Below are positions 1-12,326 of a stretch of DNA of 34,418 nt, in pieces (positions within the stretch are counted from its first letter, which is position 1; every line of letters starts with the position of its first letter). The notes under the pieces are model-generated. The model worked only from the letters and a program-made list of their open reading frames with translations. It had not been told where the DNA came from and made no database searches. This DNA is from Chiloscyllium plagiosum (taxonomy: Eukaryota), in contig NC_057757.1 in the NCBI RefSeq assembly GCF_004010195.1, positions 5,969,202 to 6,003,619 on the forward strand. Direction: 5' to 3'. The position numbers were made by a program, and so were the translations under genes.

Positions 1-194
1 ATGTTCCCTGACTCACTAGTGCAAGTGTGGATGTGCCCCCCCCCGACCCCCGACACCCTCACACACCCAACTCCTGCCTAATTAGCCCCGAGCTCTTTAC
101 AGATAAGGCAACAGTATATCGCAGCCACAGTAAAAGGTGCCATTTGGCACCTCCAACTGGGCTGGTTCTGGATAAGGGCATATGGATGATTGAG

Positions 195-1830
195 GGCCAG
201 AGGATATGGGAGCAGGATCAGGCCATTCGGCCCACTGAGTCTCTTCCGCCATTCGATCATGGCTGACATGTTTCTCAACCTCGCTCTGCTGCCTTCTCCC
301 CCTGTAACCCTTGACCCCTTTAATCACCAAGACCTGTCTACGTCTGTCTTAAATACACTCAACGACTTGGTCTCCACAGCCCTCTGAGGCACTGAGCTCC
401 ACAGATTAACCAGCCTCTGGGCTAAAGAAATTTCTCCTCATCTCCGTTCTCAAAGGCCGTCCCTGAGGCCATGCCCTGGGGCCTTAGTTTCTCCTACACC
501 TTCCTCTCTATCCAGGTCTCTCACTATTCTGCAAGTTTCAATCAGATACCCCTCACCACAACCCCCCCCCCCCCCCATCCTTCTAAACTCCCCAACTGCT
601 CCTCATTTGACAAGACCTTCATCCCCGAGGCCATTCTTAAAAACTCCATCCAATGCCAACACATCCTTCCTTTGACGTCAGGCCCAAAACTGCTCACAAT
701 ATTTCAAATTTTCCTTCGACAGCCTCAGGAGTGCGTCTCTTGTATTCTAGCCCTCTTGAAATAAACGCTAACACTGCATTTTTACTAACCGCCGAGTGAG
801 CCTCTAAGTTAACCTTCAGAGAATTCCAAACGAGTACGCCAAACTCCCTTTGCGCTTCAGATTTCCGAAGCCTTTCCCCATTTATAAAACAGTCCCCGCC
901 TCTATTCTCCCCACCTCACACTTTCCCACGTTGTATTTCATCTGCCACTTCTTTGCCCACTCTCCTAACCTGTCCTTCTTCAGCCTCCCTACTACCTGCC
1001 CCTCCACCTATCACTGCCTCATCTGTAAACCTAATAACAAAGCCCTCAGTTCCTTCATCCAGATCATTGATGTATCGCGTCAATAGGGATGGCCCCAACA
1101 CTGACCCCTGTGCAACTCCACGAGTCACCAGCTGCCACCCTGAAAAAGACCCCTTTCTCCTGATTCTCTACCTTTTGCTAATCAGACAATCATCTGACTA
1201 TGTAAGTACCTTGTCCCTAACACCATGGCCTCATCTTATTCAGCAGCCTCCTGTGCAGCACCTTGTCAAAGGGCTTTCGGAAATCCAAAGCGATCACATC
1301 CACTGGCTCTCCTTTGTCTAACTTGCTCATTTGCCATTCTACAGAGGCCGCGGTCCTGTCATCAAGTCACCCTTTATTTACAGTCCTTGACTTTAGTACC
1401 GTCTCTCAAGAGTGCCAATATCTCTAAAGATCCGTTTCCATGGTGTACATCTCGATGCCGTTTTTTTGTATCTGCCAGGGCTCCCTGATTGGACCAGACT
1501 AACAGCCCCAATCAGGGATCTCATATTCCATCAGTTCCAGTTGGCTGACCTTGTTACAATAATTATGCTACCATGCACTTTTCAGGTACTCCACAGGCTT
1601 ATCCTTAATAATGGACTCTAAAATCTTACCAACAACTAAGGTCAGGCTTTGGTTTCCTGGTTTTTGCCTTCCTCCTTCCTTAAACGGAGATGTTACATTT
1701 ACCATTTTCCAGTCTTCTGGGATCCTCTCTGACTCTGTCGATTCCTGGAAAATCACCACCAGTGCCTCTCAGCTATCTCCTGGGACATAGCCCATCTGGT
1801 CCAGGTGATTTATCCAACTCAAACCTTTCA
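195..1830 (-). mobile_element. Degenerate CR1-clade LINE 3' fragment (RT region), interrupted by a solo LTR
   Basis: Minus-strand RT remnants GVAQGSVLGPSLL.YINDLDEG and IPEDWK..NVT..FK.G.RQKPGN...LT.VVGKILESII; CR1 3' tail near 200; frameshifts and deletions. Confidence 0.85.
1337..1563 (-). mobile_element. Solo LTR-like element nested in CR1
   Basis: About 230 bp unrelated to the flanking RT sequence. On the minus strand: inverted CCAAT pair (ccctgattgg...ccaatcaggg), a TATA-like A-run, then AATAAA, the U3-R order of an LTR. Confidence 0.55.
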
Positions 1831-1902
1831 GGGACACGGTTTGGTTTGGTCCCAGGTCATAGATGAATAGGCCGGTTTTCAACCTATAACCTACATGCCA
1901 TT

Positions 1903-2242
1903 GGGTGGCACGTTGGCTCAGTGGTTAGCACTGCTGCCCCACAGCGCCAGGGACCCGGGTTCGATTCAACCTCAGGCGACTGTCTGTGTGGAGTTTGCAC
2001 ATTCTCCCCCTCCGTGTCTGCGTGGGTTTCCTCCGGATGCTCCGGTTTCCTCCCACAGTCCAAAGACGTGCAGGTCAGGGTGGACCGGCCACAGTAAATT
2101 GCCCGTACTCTCCAGGGATGGGAAATGCAGGATTACAGGGATAGGGTAGGGGTTGGGTCTGAGTGGGATGATCTTTGGAGGTTGGTGTAGACTCAATGGG
2201 CTGAATGGCCTGCTTCCACACTATAGGGGTTCTAAGATTCTA
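1903..2242 (+). mobile_element. HE1/V-SINE-type tRNA-derived SINE
   Basis: A box TGGCTCAGTGG, B box GGTTCGATTC, central ctgtgtggagtttgcacattctcc...gggtttcctccgg domain, CR1-like tail. Confidence 0.9.
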
Positions 2243-2307
2243 CATGTAGGTGAGGGATAGATCAAAGCCCAGATCCAGGAAGAGTGGGCTCTGGGCCCAG
2301 GAACCAA

Positions 2308-2609
2308 ACGGTGGCTCAGTGGTTAGCACTGCTGCCTCACAGCACCAGGGACTTGGGTACGATTCACCCCTCGGGCGACTGTCTGTGTGGTGTTTGCACA
2401 TTCTCCTTGTGTCTGTGTGGATTTCCTCCCACAGTCCAAAGATGTGCAGGTCAGGGTGAATTGGCCATGCTAAATTGCCCGTAGTGTTAGGTGCATTAGT
2501 CAGAGGTAAATATAGGTTAGGGGAATGGTTACTTTTTGGAGGGTCGGTGTGGACTTGTTGGGCCGAAGGGCCTGTTTCCATACTGTGGGGAATCTAATCT
2601 AATCTAATC
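2308..2609 (+). mobile_element. HE1/V-SINE-type SINE
   Basis: Same consensus, ending in (AATCT)n. Confidence 0.9.
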
Positions 2610-4881
2610 AAGTGAGGGCTGGTTTGGGCTATGAGACCCAGGCACACCACTGGATTTGAGGCCTCAGAGTGAGTGGCAGGGCTGGGATTGGACCCTGAAT
2701 GAGCAGTAGGCCGGGATTTGGTTCTACAGATCCAGGTGGGAGGATATAGGGCTAACGTCCCCCCTAGGAATTGGTATGGCTGGATTTGGGCTCAGGCACC
2801 CAAATGAGCCGATACAAGGCCCGGGTCTTCCAGCTTAGGCCGCAGGCTGAATGGTAGGCCTGGATTTGGGCCTGTAGGCACAGACAACCTGAGGAGGTGG
2901 GGATGGGTATAACGCACTCTCCCAGCCTTCAGCTGCCAAGTACCGTGCTCTGAGGTCCACCCCAGAATCCCCCCTTCCTCATTTCAAATGGCTGTTTGGC
3001 GTCAAATTTTGTCCGATTAACTCTCCTGCGAAGAGCCCGTGAGGCATTTAGCAAGGTGCTATGTCAATGCAGGTTGTTGTTATTTTGATGATGCCCTGGA
3101 GTTTTGTACCACCCAAGTGGAACTAACTCCCTGCCCTGGGGTGAGACGCGTCTATCAGGCCTGTCCTTTTGCCCCTTGACACCAAGCTGTCCACACGAGA
3201 GAGAGAGAGGGGAGAGGGCCAAAAGCCCCGATAGTGGAGATTGCCTCACGGACCACAAGGCCCAGGGATTGTCACGGCATTTATTCAGGTTAGAGACTGC
3301 AGATGCTGGAGGTTAGAATCAAGAAGGAACAACATTTATTCGCCCTCTACCCCCCCCACCTTTGCAAGTTGTTTACAACACTGAAGAAAGATTAAAGGAA
3401 ACAATTTAACTGCGTCAATCAGCTCTTTGGAAAAGATAAAGATTAGCGCCATATTTCATATTTTATTGTCCATTGGCCTGATTGGACGTAGCCTGTCAGA
3501 CTTCCCCATTAATCTCTCCCAGTAAAAGCTGACTGATCTACTTGAAGTCACTTTACTGTCCTGGCAACACTAAGCCCATTAATTAATGGAAACTCGGAGT
3601 AATTCAGTGAGCAGGTCTTGTTTAACCCTTTACCTCCTCATCCAGGCTCCCCACCCCATCCCCCAACAGGGGAGCTCACTCAACACAAGAAAAGACAGAA
3701 CTTGCATTTCTGTAGCACCTGGCCATGTCAACTTGCCTCACTGCCATTGACCTCCGGCTGTCGTTCACATTAGGATAGCCAGCAACCGAACTGCCCAGTG
3801 CAAATTCCCGCAGACGGATAATGTGATCATCACCAAATTGTCCTGGTGTGAGCGATTTGGGTTGAGTGGTAAAAATGTGACCTCCCCCCCCCCACCCCAG
3901 ATGCCCCCAGTACTGCCACAAACTCGCGTTGGGCAATTCACCTTGGTGAAAGATGCGCAGGTTGGCCGTGCTAAATTGCCACGGCGTGTCCAGGGATTTG
4001 CAGGATAGGTGGATTAGCGGTGCGGGGTTACGGAGGTCGGGTGGAGGGGGAAGGGGGAGCTGAGTGTAGGCAGGATGCTTTTCAGAGTGGTCTCCTTCTG
4101 CATTGCACCGACTCCATGATTCTAACTCCAAGGTCGGGCGTGAACCCACGATCATCTGACAGAGGACTTGGCGTTTTTGCGATAATTTCACAGGACGTCT
4201 CTGTGCCGAATCGCCTTTGAAATGACTGGCTCAGTTGGCCATTAAGAATCAGCGCCATTGCTGTGGGCCTCGGTGTCACATGTAGGCCAGACGGGGTACA
4301 GAGAGCAGATTTCCCCTCTCTTAAGGGCGTTAGCGAACCAGATGGGTTTTAAACACATCGGGGGTGAATAGTTGGGGATCTCTTTGTTCAGATGGTCATT
4401 GCTTGGTGGCTCACGCAGCCTGAGCTGGCGTCACCTGGCCATTGGTAGGAGAACTCAGAACGCTCCCCAACCTACCCGAGGGCCGATCTGTTATCGGATT
4501 ATCCGCGGTCCAAGCTGACACTTGCGCTGGGTCCTACAACGTACCTCTTCGCAATCAAGATGGTGGAGTCGCAGTGAGTACCCCAAGGAACATGCAAGGC
4601 ATGCTGGGAGCTGAAACAGTTGGCATCTCATAACCAACATCTCGGGTGTCCCCAAGGAGGCCCACCCCAGACCCTGAGCCTCTGGATGACTCTTGTCTCA
4701 CAACCAACACCGGCTTTGTTTTCAAAATGTGGATCACCTCGTTATCGATCTTCATGGGATCGTACTGTGCGGCAATTGGCTGCTGAGTTTCTGTCACTGA
4801 ATTTTGACGGGCACTTCAAGCAGCTGGTGAAATATTCTGAGAGTGTACTGTATTGACCTTCTTTGTCCCGTTCCTCTCCAG

Positions 4882-4992
4882 ATCCCCAGCTGAGGGGCAT
4901 CATTACCCGTCTATTCTGCCAACTTGGATACTATCTACAGTTGGTGCCCGACGGGAGGCTGGATGGCACCAAGGATGAGATGAGTACATACG
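4882..4992 (+). CDS. FGF11: Internal coding exon (exon 2 equivalent) of an intracellular FGF / FGF homologous factor (FGF11-14 subfamily; FGF11 most likely)
   Basis: Acceptor ttcctctccag|, donor G|gtgaga, 111 bp, phase 1-1. Translates (D)[36 protein letters not shown], matching the FHF motif PQLKGIVTxLxxxxGyyLQxxxDGtxxGTkD. Subfamily is secure; the paralog call rests on the LFC motif and proximity to ZAN. Not in the ORF track. Confidence 0.85.
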
Positions 4993-5047
4993 GTGAGACG
5001 ATGCCATCTGGGACATGGGCCTACAGTTGGAGTGGGTGAAGACGAGG

Positions 5048-5547
5048 NNNNNNNNNNNNNNNNNNNNNNNNNNNNNNNNNNNNNNNNNNNNNNNNNNNNN
5101 NNNNNNNNNNNNNNNNNNNNNNNNNNNNNNNNNNNNNNNNNNNNNNNNNNNNNNNNNNNNNNNNNNNNNNNNNNNNNNNNNNNNNNNNNNNNNNNNNNNN
5201 NNNNNNNNNNNNNNNNNNNNNNNNNNNNNNNNNNNNNNNNNNNNNNNNNNNNNNNNNNNNNNNNNNNNNNNNNNNNNNNNNNNNNNNNNNNNNNNNNNNN
5301 NNNNNNNNNNNNNNNNNNNNNNNNNNNNNNNNNNNNNNNNNNNNNNNNNNNNNNNNNNNNNNNNNNNNNNNNNNNNNNNNNNNNNNNNNNNNNNNNNNNN
5401 NNNNNNNNNNNNNNNNNNNNNNNNNNNNNNNNNNNNNNNNNNNNNNNNNNNNNNNNNNNNNNNNNNNNNNNNNNNNNNNNNNNNNNNNNNNNNNNNNNNN
5501 NNNNNNNNNNNNNNNNNNNNNNNNNNNNNNNNNNNNNNNNNNNNNNN
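5048..5547. other. Assembly gap, exactly 500 N
   Basis: N run with a round length, suggesting a fixed scaffolding spacer of unknown true size. Confidence 0.95.
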
Positions 5548-5744
5548 GCAATCAAACGTGGCCAGTTTTTAATTCCCACTTCCTTATTACCTATTCCAAA
5601 GTCTAACAGTCATCTCCCTGTGTCCGTCAGCAGCTGATGCTAATGTGCAGGTATTTCCCTGAACCGACAAGGAGATTTGCATGAATTGTGCACGCTCCTC
5701 GCAATTCCCAGACCTGTTCCCTGACCAACAGCTCATCATTTAGC

Positions 5745-7480
5745 ATGGATACATCCAGCACAGACACAGACTCTTCGGTCCAACCACTCCATGCCAACCA
5801 TTATCCCAAACTACATTAGTCCCACACCTGCCTGCTCCTGATCTATATCCCTCCAAACCTTTCCTCTTCATGCGCTTATCTCAGTAGCTCAGTATGTTGT
5901 AAGTGTGGCCTCATCCTCTGGAAGTTTATTCACACACGAATGTGTAAAAGATTTGCTCCCCCTGCTTTGTTTTTTTAAAATGTCTCCCCTCTCACCTCCA
6001 AAACATTACCCCCTAGCCCCAATCCTAGGGAAAAGACACCTGTCATTAAGGAGGAGAAAGTGAGGACTGCAGATGCTGCAGATCAGAGTCTAGATTAGAG
6101 TGTGGTGCTGGAAAAGCACAGCAGGTCAGGCAGCATCCGAGGAGCAGGAAAAGCGACGTTTCGGGCAAAAGCAGAAAACATCAATTTTCCTGCTCCTCGG
6201 ATGCTGCCTGACCTGCTGTGCTTTTCCAGCACCACACTCCAACCACCTGCCATTAACCCTATTTCTACCCCTCACGATTTTATAAATTTCCATAAGGTCA
6301 CCTCTCAACCTCCTACCCTCCGGTGAGAAACCTCTCAGCCTATCTCCTCGGGGGTGGAGTCGGAGGTAGATAGGATAGTGAAGAAGACGTTTGGTATGCT
6401 TTCCTTTATTGGTCAGAGTATTGAGTACAGGAGTTGGGAGGTCATGTTGTGGCTGTACAGGACATTGGTTAGGCCACTGTTGGAATATTGCGTGCAATCC
6501 TGGAAAGATGTTGTGAAACCTGATGTTGTGAAACTTGAAAGGGTTCAGAAAAGATTTACAAGGATGTTGCCANNNNNNNNNNNNNNNNNNNNNNNNNNNN
6601 NNNNNNNNNNNNNNNNNNNNNNNNNNNNNNNNNNNNNNNNNNNNNNNNNNNNNNNNNNNNNNNNNNNNNNNNNNNNNNNNNNNNNNNNNNNNNNNNNNNN
6701 NNNNNNNNNNNNNNGGTGCTGGCAGGTGGGACTAGATTGGGTTGGGATATCTGGTCGGCATGGACGGGTTGGACCGAAGGGTCTGTTTCCGTGCTGGACA
6801 TCTCTATGACTCTATGACTAGGGGGTAGATTTTTAAGGTCAGAGAAGAAAGATTTAAAAAGGACTTGAGGGGCAACATGTTTAAGCAGAGGGTGGTTCGT
6901 GTGTGGAATGAGCTTTCATAGGAAGCGGTGGATGTGGGTATGGTTACAACATTTAAAAGACATTTGAAGAGGTACATGAATAAGAAATGTTTGGAGGAAT
7001 ATGGGCAGAGCAGAGGCAGATGGGACTAGTTTAGTTTGGAAACGTGGTTAGCATGGCTTGGTTGGGCCAAAGGGCCTGTTTCTATGCTGTATGAGTCTAT
7101 GACTCTAGTACCACCCCACCCAGGAATGAATTTACAATGGACTGAACATCATTGACCCATGATTAATGTTCGAGCGGTGAATGTACGTGGCAGTTTTTAT
7201 GAGCTCTGTTTGGATTTATTGCCAGCATTTGTGTCGTAAGAGCTGAGGAGCTGAGAAAAAATTCAGGTACAAAGAACACAGAAATGACAGTGCTCTCATT
7301 TAGATGGGCATAACTCTTATTGCTTTCCACTGGGGTAGTGTCACAGAGTCATCCGGCACTGAAAGAGACCCTTCGGCCCAACCAGCCCGTGCCGACCACA
7401 ATCCCAAACTAAACTAGTCCCACCTGCCTGCTCCTGGCCCAGATCCCTCCAAACCTTTCCTAGTCATGGACCTATCCAGT
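5745..7480. mobile_element. Cluster of CR1 LINE 3' fragments in both orientations (includes 142-N gap at 6573-6714)
   Basis: Plus-strand EYRSWEVML.LYRTLVRPLLEYCVQ...LERVQKRFTRMLP; several CR1 3' tails (gggccgaagggcctgtttc...(ctatga)n). Confidence 0.85.
6050..6243. mobile_element. Short inverted (palindromic) Penelope-like remnant, family A
   Basis: Two opposed arms (gtggtgctggaaaagcacagcaggtcaggcagcatccgaggagcagg and its reverse complement), flanked by a 13-bp duplication cacctg(t/c)cattaa at 6037-6049 and 6244-6256 inside a CR1. Confidence 0.65.
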
Positions 7481-7625
7481 AGATGCAGGAAGGATGTCTC
7501 CACCCGGCCAGCTGAGGAAGGGGTGGGGCCTAGTTAACCAGGCGCAGAGTCTCAGGATCAGGAGCTATTTCGGACTGAAACGTGGAGGAATTTCTTTGGA
7601 ATCTTTGGAAATCTCTACCCCAGAG

Positions 7626-7848
7626 TTAAAAGTCACACAACACCAGGTTACAGTCCAACAGGTTTATTTGGAAACACTGGCTTTTGGAACGGTGCTCCTT
7701 CTGAACCACCTGATGAAGGAGCGTCGCTCCGAAAGCTAGTGCTTCCAATTAAACCTGTTGGTCTATAACCTGGTGTTGTGTGATTTTTAACTTTGTCCCC
7801 CCCCCCCCCCCCCCCCCAAGTCCAACACCCGGGGTCTCCAAATCATGA
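7626..7848. mobile_element. Short inverted Penelope-like remnant, family B, containing a hammerhead core
   Basis: Arms tcacacaacaccaggtta.agtccaacaggttta and taaacctgttgg.ctataacctggtgttgtgtga; second copy at 20209-20428. Confidence 0.65.
7704..7744 (+). ncRNA. Minimal type I hammerhead ribozyme motif
   Basis: aaccac-CTGATGA-a-GGAGC gtc GCTCC-GAAA-GCTA-gtgctt: intact core, 5-bp stem II, palindromic AGCU stem III, stem I CAC/GUG. Confidence 0.65.
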
Positions 7849-8075
7849 CTATCCCGGCACGCAGTGGAAGGTCAGTGATTGTGTCCGAAGGGAATGTGGT
7901 GATAACGCAGCGTTGAGTGAGATGGTTCAGAGACTCTGCAGGAGGCCCGAGGAGGCCCGAGCGGCCTGTTTCCGCTGACACAGTGTGCTGACTGCAGATG
8001 CGAGCCCGAGAACAGGGAATGGGAAAAAACCTAGTGATCAGAAGAAGGCCCCCCCAACACATTGGTGCCTGACAC

Positions 8076-8170
8076 CACAGTGGCTCAGTGGTTAGCACTG
8101 CTGCCTCACAGCGCCAGGGACCCGGGTTCAATTCCTGCCCTGGGTGACTGTCTGTGTGGAGTTTGCACAT
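8076..8170 (+). mobile_element. HE1-type SINE, 5' part only
   Basis: A and B boxes present; truncated after gtttgcacat. Confidence 0.85.
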
Positions 8171-8919
8171 CACCAGCAACCATCACCGCTGGTCACAGGG
8201 TTCCAGTCCAAAAAGCAACCTCCCCCCCCCCCCTCCCCCGACCATCACTCTCTGTCTTTGACAGTGAAGCCAATTTTGTACTCAGTTGGCAATCGGAGAC
8301 CAATTGCTTTGGTCTGTTCAACAGTCCGCATACTCTGGGAGTAGAGTTCAGAAGCCCTGGCTAAGTGATTACAGAATTGTTACTCTGCAGGAGGAGGCCC
8401 ATCGGCCCATCACAGGCACTTCCAATGAGCATCGCTACCGAGTGGATAGGAACTCCTGGGCTGAACGGCCCACTCTCCCAGCAGCCCGTGAGTCCCGGAA
8501 AGCTGCGTCTCCGACAGTGCCGCCCCTCAGTGCTGACACCACCCAAGTGGGGGAACAGATTTTGTGTGTGTGTGTGAGTCTCTGGAGTGAGGCTTGAACC
8601 TATGACCCTTTGACTCAGGTACAGTAGTGCGCACCGTTGTATCATGCTGGTAATCACTTGTGATCCATACCATCAATGCAATAAAAAAAAAACACCCTTC
8701 TTGGAAACTCCATTTCCTTCTGATAATTTAATGCATAATTCTTCCTGTATGGTTTCATCCCTTTCAGTCAAGATTCCTCTGATACTGAAGCACTCCTTGA
8801 GTTTCACCTTGACCAGAAATTTAACTTTACCTGCTGTACTAATACCATGGCCAGAAGAGCAGATCAAAAGCTAGGAAGCCTAGAACCTACCTTCTCATTC
8901 CCCTGTCTATCGTCTACAG

Positions 8920-9980
8920 GGCATGTGAGGTATTGCATTTTGGTAATACAGGGACTGGACTCATGCTATTAAAAGTAGGGCCCAGGGTAGTGTTGTAGAA
9001 CAGGGAGACTGAGGGGTTTAGGTATATAATTCTTTGAGGTTTGCTTCATGTATAGACAGGTTTGTTAGGAGGGTGTTCAGCAAGCCTGCCTTCATCGCTC
9101 AGAGCTTTGAGCATCGGAGTTGGGACGCTGTGTTGTGGTTGTACAGCACGTTGTGAGGTCTCTTTTAGAGTACTGTTCTGGTCACTTTGTTAGATTAGAT
9201 TAGATTCCCCAGGGTGTGGAAACAGGCCCTTCGGCCCAACAAGTCCACACCGACCCTCCAAAGAGTAACCCACCCAGACCCATTCCCCTACCCTATATTT
9301 ACCCCTGACTAATGCACTAGCACTATGGGTGATTTAGCACGGCCAATCCACCCTAACCTGCACACCTTTGGACTGTGGGAGGAAACCGGAGCACCCAGAG
9401 GAAACCCATGCAGACACGGGGGAGAATGCGCAAACTCCACACAGACAGTCGCCTGAGGCTGGAATCGAACCTGGGACCCTGGTGCTATGAGGCAGCAGTG
9501 CTAACCACTGAGATACCGTGCCCCCGCCCCCTGTTACAGGAAGGTTACAGGAGAGGATTCAGTCAATAGAGGGTTTGAGATCTGACTGGAAAGACTGGGA
9601 CTGTTTTTCACTGGAGCGTAGGACGTTGAGGGGTCACCTTTTTGAGGTTTATAAAATCACGAGGGTTATAGATAAGGGGAATGACCAGGGTCTTTTGCCT
9701 AGGGTGGGGGGAGTTCAAAACTATTTTTAAGATGAGAGGAGAAAGATTTAAAATGGACATTGGGGCAACCTTTTTACACAGAGGGTGGTTCGGGTGTGGA
9801 ATGAACTGCCAGAGGAAGTGGTGGATGTGGGTAGAGTTACAACGTTTAAAAGACATTCAGATAGGTACATGGGTAGGAAAGGTCTGTTCCAGGCTCAGGC
9901 AAGTGGGACTAGCTTAGTTTGGGATTCTAGTTGGCATGGACTGGTTAGACCGAAAGGTCTGTTCCCATGCTGTGTGACTC
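8920..9980 (+). mobile_element. CR1 LINE 3' fragment with an HE1 SINE (9190-9523, minus strand) nested inside
   Basis: FSLERR.LRG.L.EVYKI and RVWNELPEEVVD remnants; the reverse SINE starts with (ttaga)n. Confidence 0.85.
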
Positions 9981-9989
9981 TCAGTCAGG

Positions 9990-10475
9990 AGTATGATGGA
10001 ATATTCCTGACTTGTTGAGGGCAGCTCCAATAACGCTCAACAAAATCTGACACCATTCCAGGACAAAGCAGTCTGCTCGACTCGCACCAGATCTAATACC
10101 GTCAACTATCCACTCCATCCACCATCGACGCACAGTCGCAGTAGTGTGTACCGTCTACAAGATGCACCCCTGCACCTGCCAAACCCACAGCCACTTCCAT
10201 CCAGAAGGACAAGGGCAGCAGATACATGGGAACGCCACCCCCCCTCGCAAGTTCCCCTCCGATCCACTCTCCCTCCTGACTTTGGAAATGCGTAGCCATT
10301 CCTTCAGTGTCGTTGAGTCAAGATGCTGGAACGTCCTCTCCCCAGGGGCACTATGGGAGTTCCTCCAGCTGTTCAAGATGGTGGCCTCGCCACCGCCTTC
10401 TCAAGGGGCAATTAATGCTGTGCCCAGCCAACGGCACCTAAATCCTGTCAGTGAAATAAAAATCAATGAGTAAAA
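9990..10475 (+). mobile_element. 3' end of a second LINE family (CR1/L2 group)
   Basis: cagctccaa.aac.ctcaa...gacaccat.caggacaaagcag...gtgtgtacc.tctacaagatgcac motif and an A-rich end. Confidence 0.55.
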
Positions 10476-11910
10476 ACCCCTTCTCCCATCCCGACCCATT
10501 TTCTCTTTTGGAATAGTCAAACAGGAAGGAAACCTCAGGTTCAAAAGCGACAGAGAACATTCCAAAAAAAATTCCTCTCCTTTGATCTCCAGTGATCTGT
10601 GCCAGCAAATTGACCATGTGTTATGGAATCACAGACACAACAGTACAAGAAACAGCCCAATGGGTCATTCCAGTAAATCAATGAGGGGTTAGCCAGTCTA
10701 ATCCCTCTTCCCATTAATTGGTCCATATCTCTGCAGATCCTGACACCCTTTAAATGCATTGAGGGTTTGAACCATCTGAGGCAAGGATTTCCATCCTCTA
10801 AGTCGAAAACAACTTCCTCGTCTTCCCTCTACTAGAAACAGGGGCAGGGCATTCAGACCATGACACCGTCATGGCTGAGCGATTCCTTCAATGCCCTTTA
10901 CCCAAGTCCCCATTACCCTGTGTGCTCCTGGTAAACAGAAATCTCTCAATCTTACCCAAAACATACTCAAAGACTGAGCTCCTGCAGCCCTCCGTGAGCA
11001 GGTCTACAACACTCTGAGTAAACAAGTTGCAATTCATCACAGGCCTGAGTTTTAAAAATCTGTTGTGGTTCTGCTCAATGTTTGTGAGAAGATTTGTAGC
11101 TCGGGTGCTCGTTAAAAATCTGTGCCCCTAATCTTTGACTCTCTGCTGAGTTAAAGGGATCCCTTCCCGACCATTCTGTTCAGGCCCCACAGGAACCGCA
11201 ATCAAATTTCCCATCAGCCGTCTCTGCTCCAAGCTGAGCAGTTATCTGGGCAGACGCACTCCTTCAAGATAGCATGATCTCTCCACAACCCACCGCGCCC
11301 TCTGGGTAAAGGGTGACGCAATCCCAGCTGAGGCCCACGCTAGTTTGTGTCATTCATTCCCAAGCTGGCTGGTCGAGGCTGGTATTTATTACCTATCACT
11401 AACCGCTCTTGAACTGACTGACTCACTCAGCCGTCTGAGAGCGGAATTCAGGGTCAATGTGTGGCTCGCTGTGAGCTGAGAGCCAAGTGTAGGCCAAAGC
11501 CCCTGTAAGGTTGGCAGATTTGCTTCCCTGAAGGGCGTTAGTAAACTGGATGGGGCTTTTCAACTATCTGGTTCATTACAGATACTAATTCCTTTAATTG
11601 CAGTTGTATTAATCAATTTCATTTAAGTGACCCAGTTGCTTTGATTGGATTTGAACCCATATCTCCAGAGCATTGGACCAGGCCTCAGCCTTACTGGTAC
11701 AGCAATGTAACCTAATGTTAATATTGTTGGGAGACCTCTCGTTGCTTAAAGTGTGATCGTTAGCCTTGCCTGCCTGTGTAGATAGAGAGGCTGGTGAAGG
11801 TGGCTAGGTCAATGGAACACAATCTTAAGTGAAAAGCCTTGCCAAGCGAGAAGCTGATATCAGAATCCCTTTAGGAATTCAATCCACATGAGTGTGAGGC
11901 GATGCATTTT

Positions 11911-12246
11911 GGGTGGCACGCTGGCTCAGTGGTGAGCACTGCTGCCTCACCGCTCCAGGGACCCGGGTTCGATCCCAACCTCGGGCGACTGTCTGTGTGG
12001 AGTTTGCACATTCTCCCCCCCCGTGTCTGCGTGGGTTTCCTCCCACAGTCCAAAGATGTGCACATTACGATGGATTGGCCATGGGAAATTTTCCCATAGT
12101 GCTCAGGGATGTGTGGGATGTATGAATTATTAAGGAATAATGCAGAGTAATAGGGGAGGGGAATGGGTTTGGGTAGGATACGCTTCGGAGGGTCGGTGTT
12201 CACGTGTTGGGCCGAAGGGCCTGTTTCCACACTGTAGGGATTCTAT
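11911..12246 (+). mobile_element. HE1-type SINE inserted in a CR1 fragment
   Basis: Full-length consensus; CR1 sequence (gaggcgatgcattttggg ... aacaaggcaagggaatac) resumes after it. Confidence 0.9.
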
Positions 12247-12326
12247 AAACAAGGCAAGGGAATACATGATGGACAGTAGGACCCTGGCAAACACTGAGGA
12301 TCAGTGTGCAAGTCCACCAGTACAGG

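Noticed and set aside
1903..1975. tRNA genes at SINE heads
   Set aside because: A and B boxes run directly into the SINE body in every copy; these are tRNA-derived heads, not tRNA genes.
4935..5637. Long ORFs spanning N runs (also 6354-6809 and 17232-18520)
   Set aside because: Length is an artefact of gaps and microsatellite.
8265..8685. Possible terminal FGF exon (acceptor ctgtctttgacag, VKPILYSVG...stop at 8344, AATAAA at 8680)
   Set aside because: Only faint resemblance to EPSLHSV and it lacks the conserved AMY(R/K/Q) start; not supportable without transcripts.
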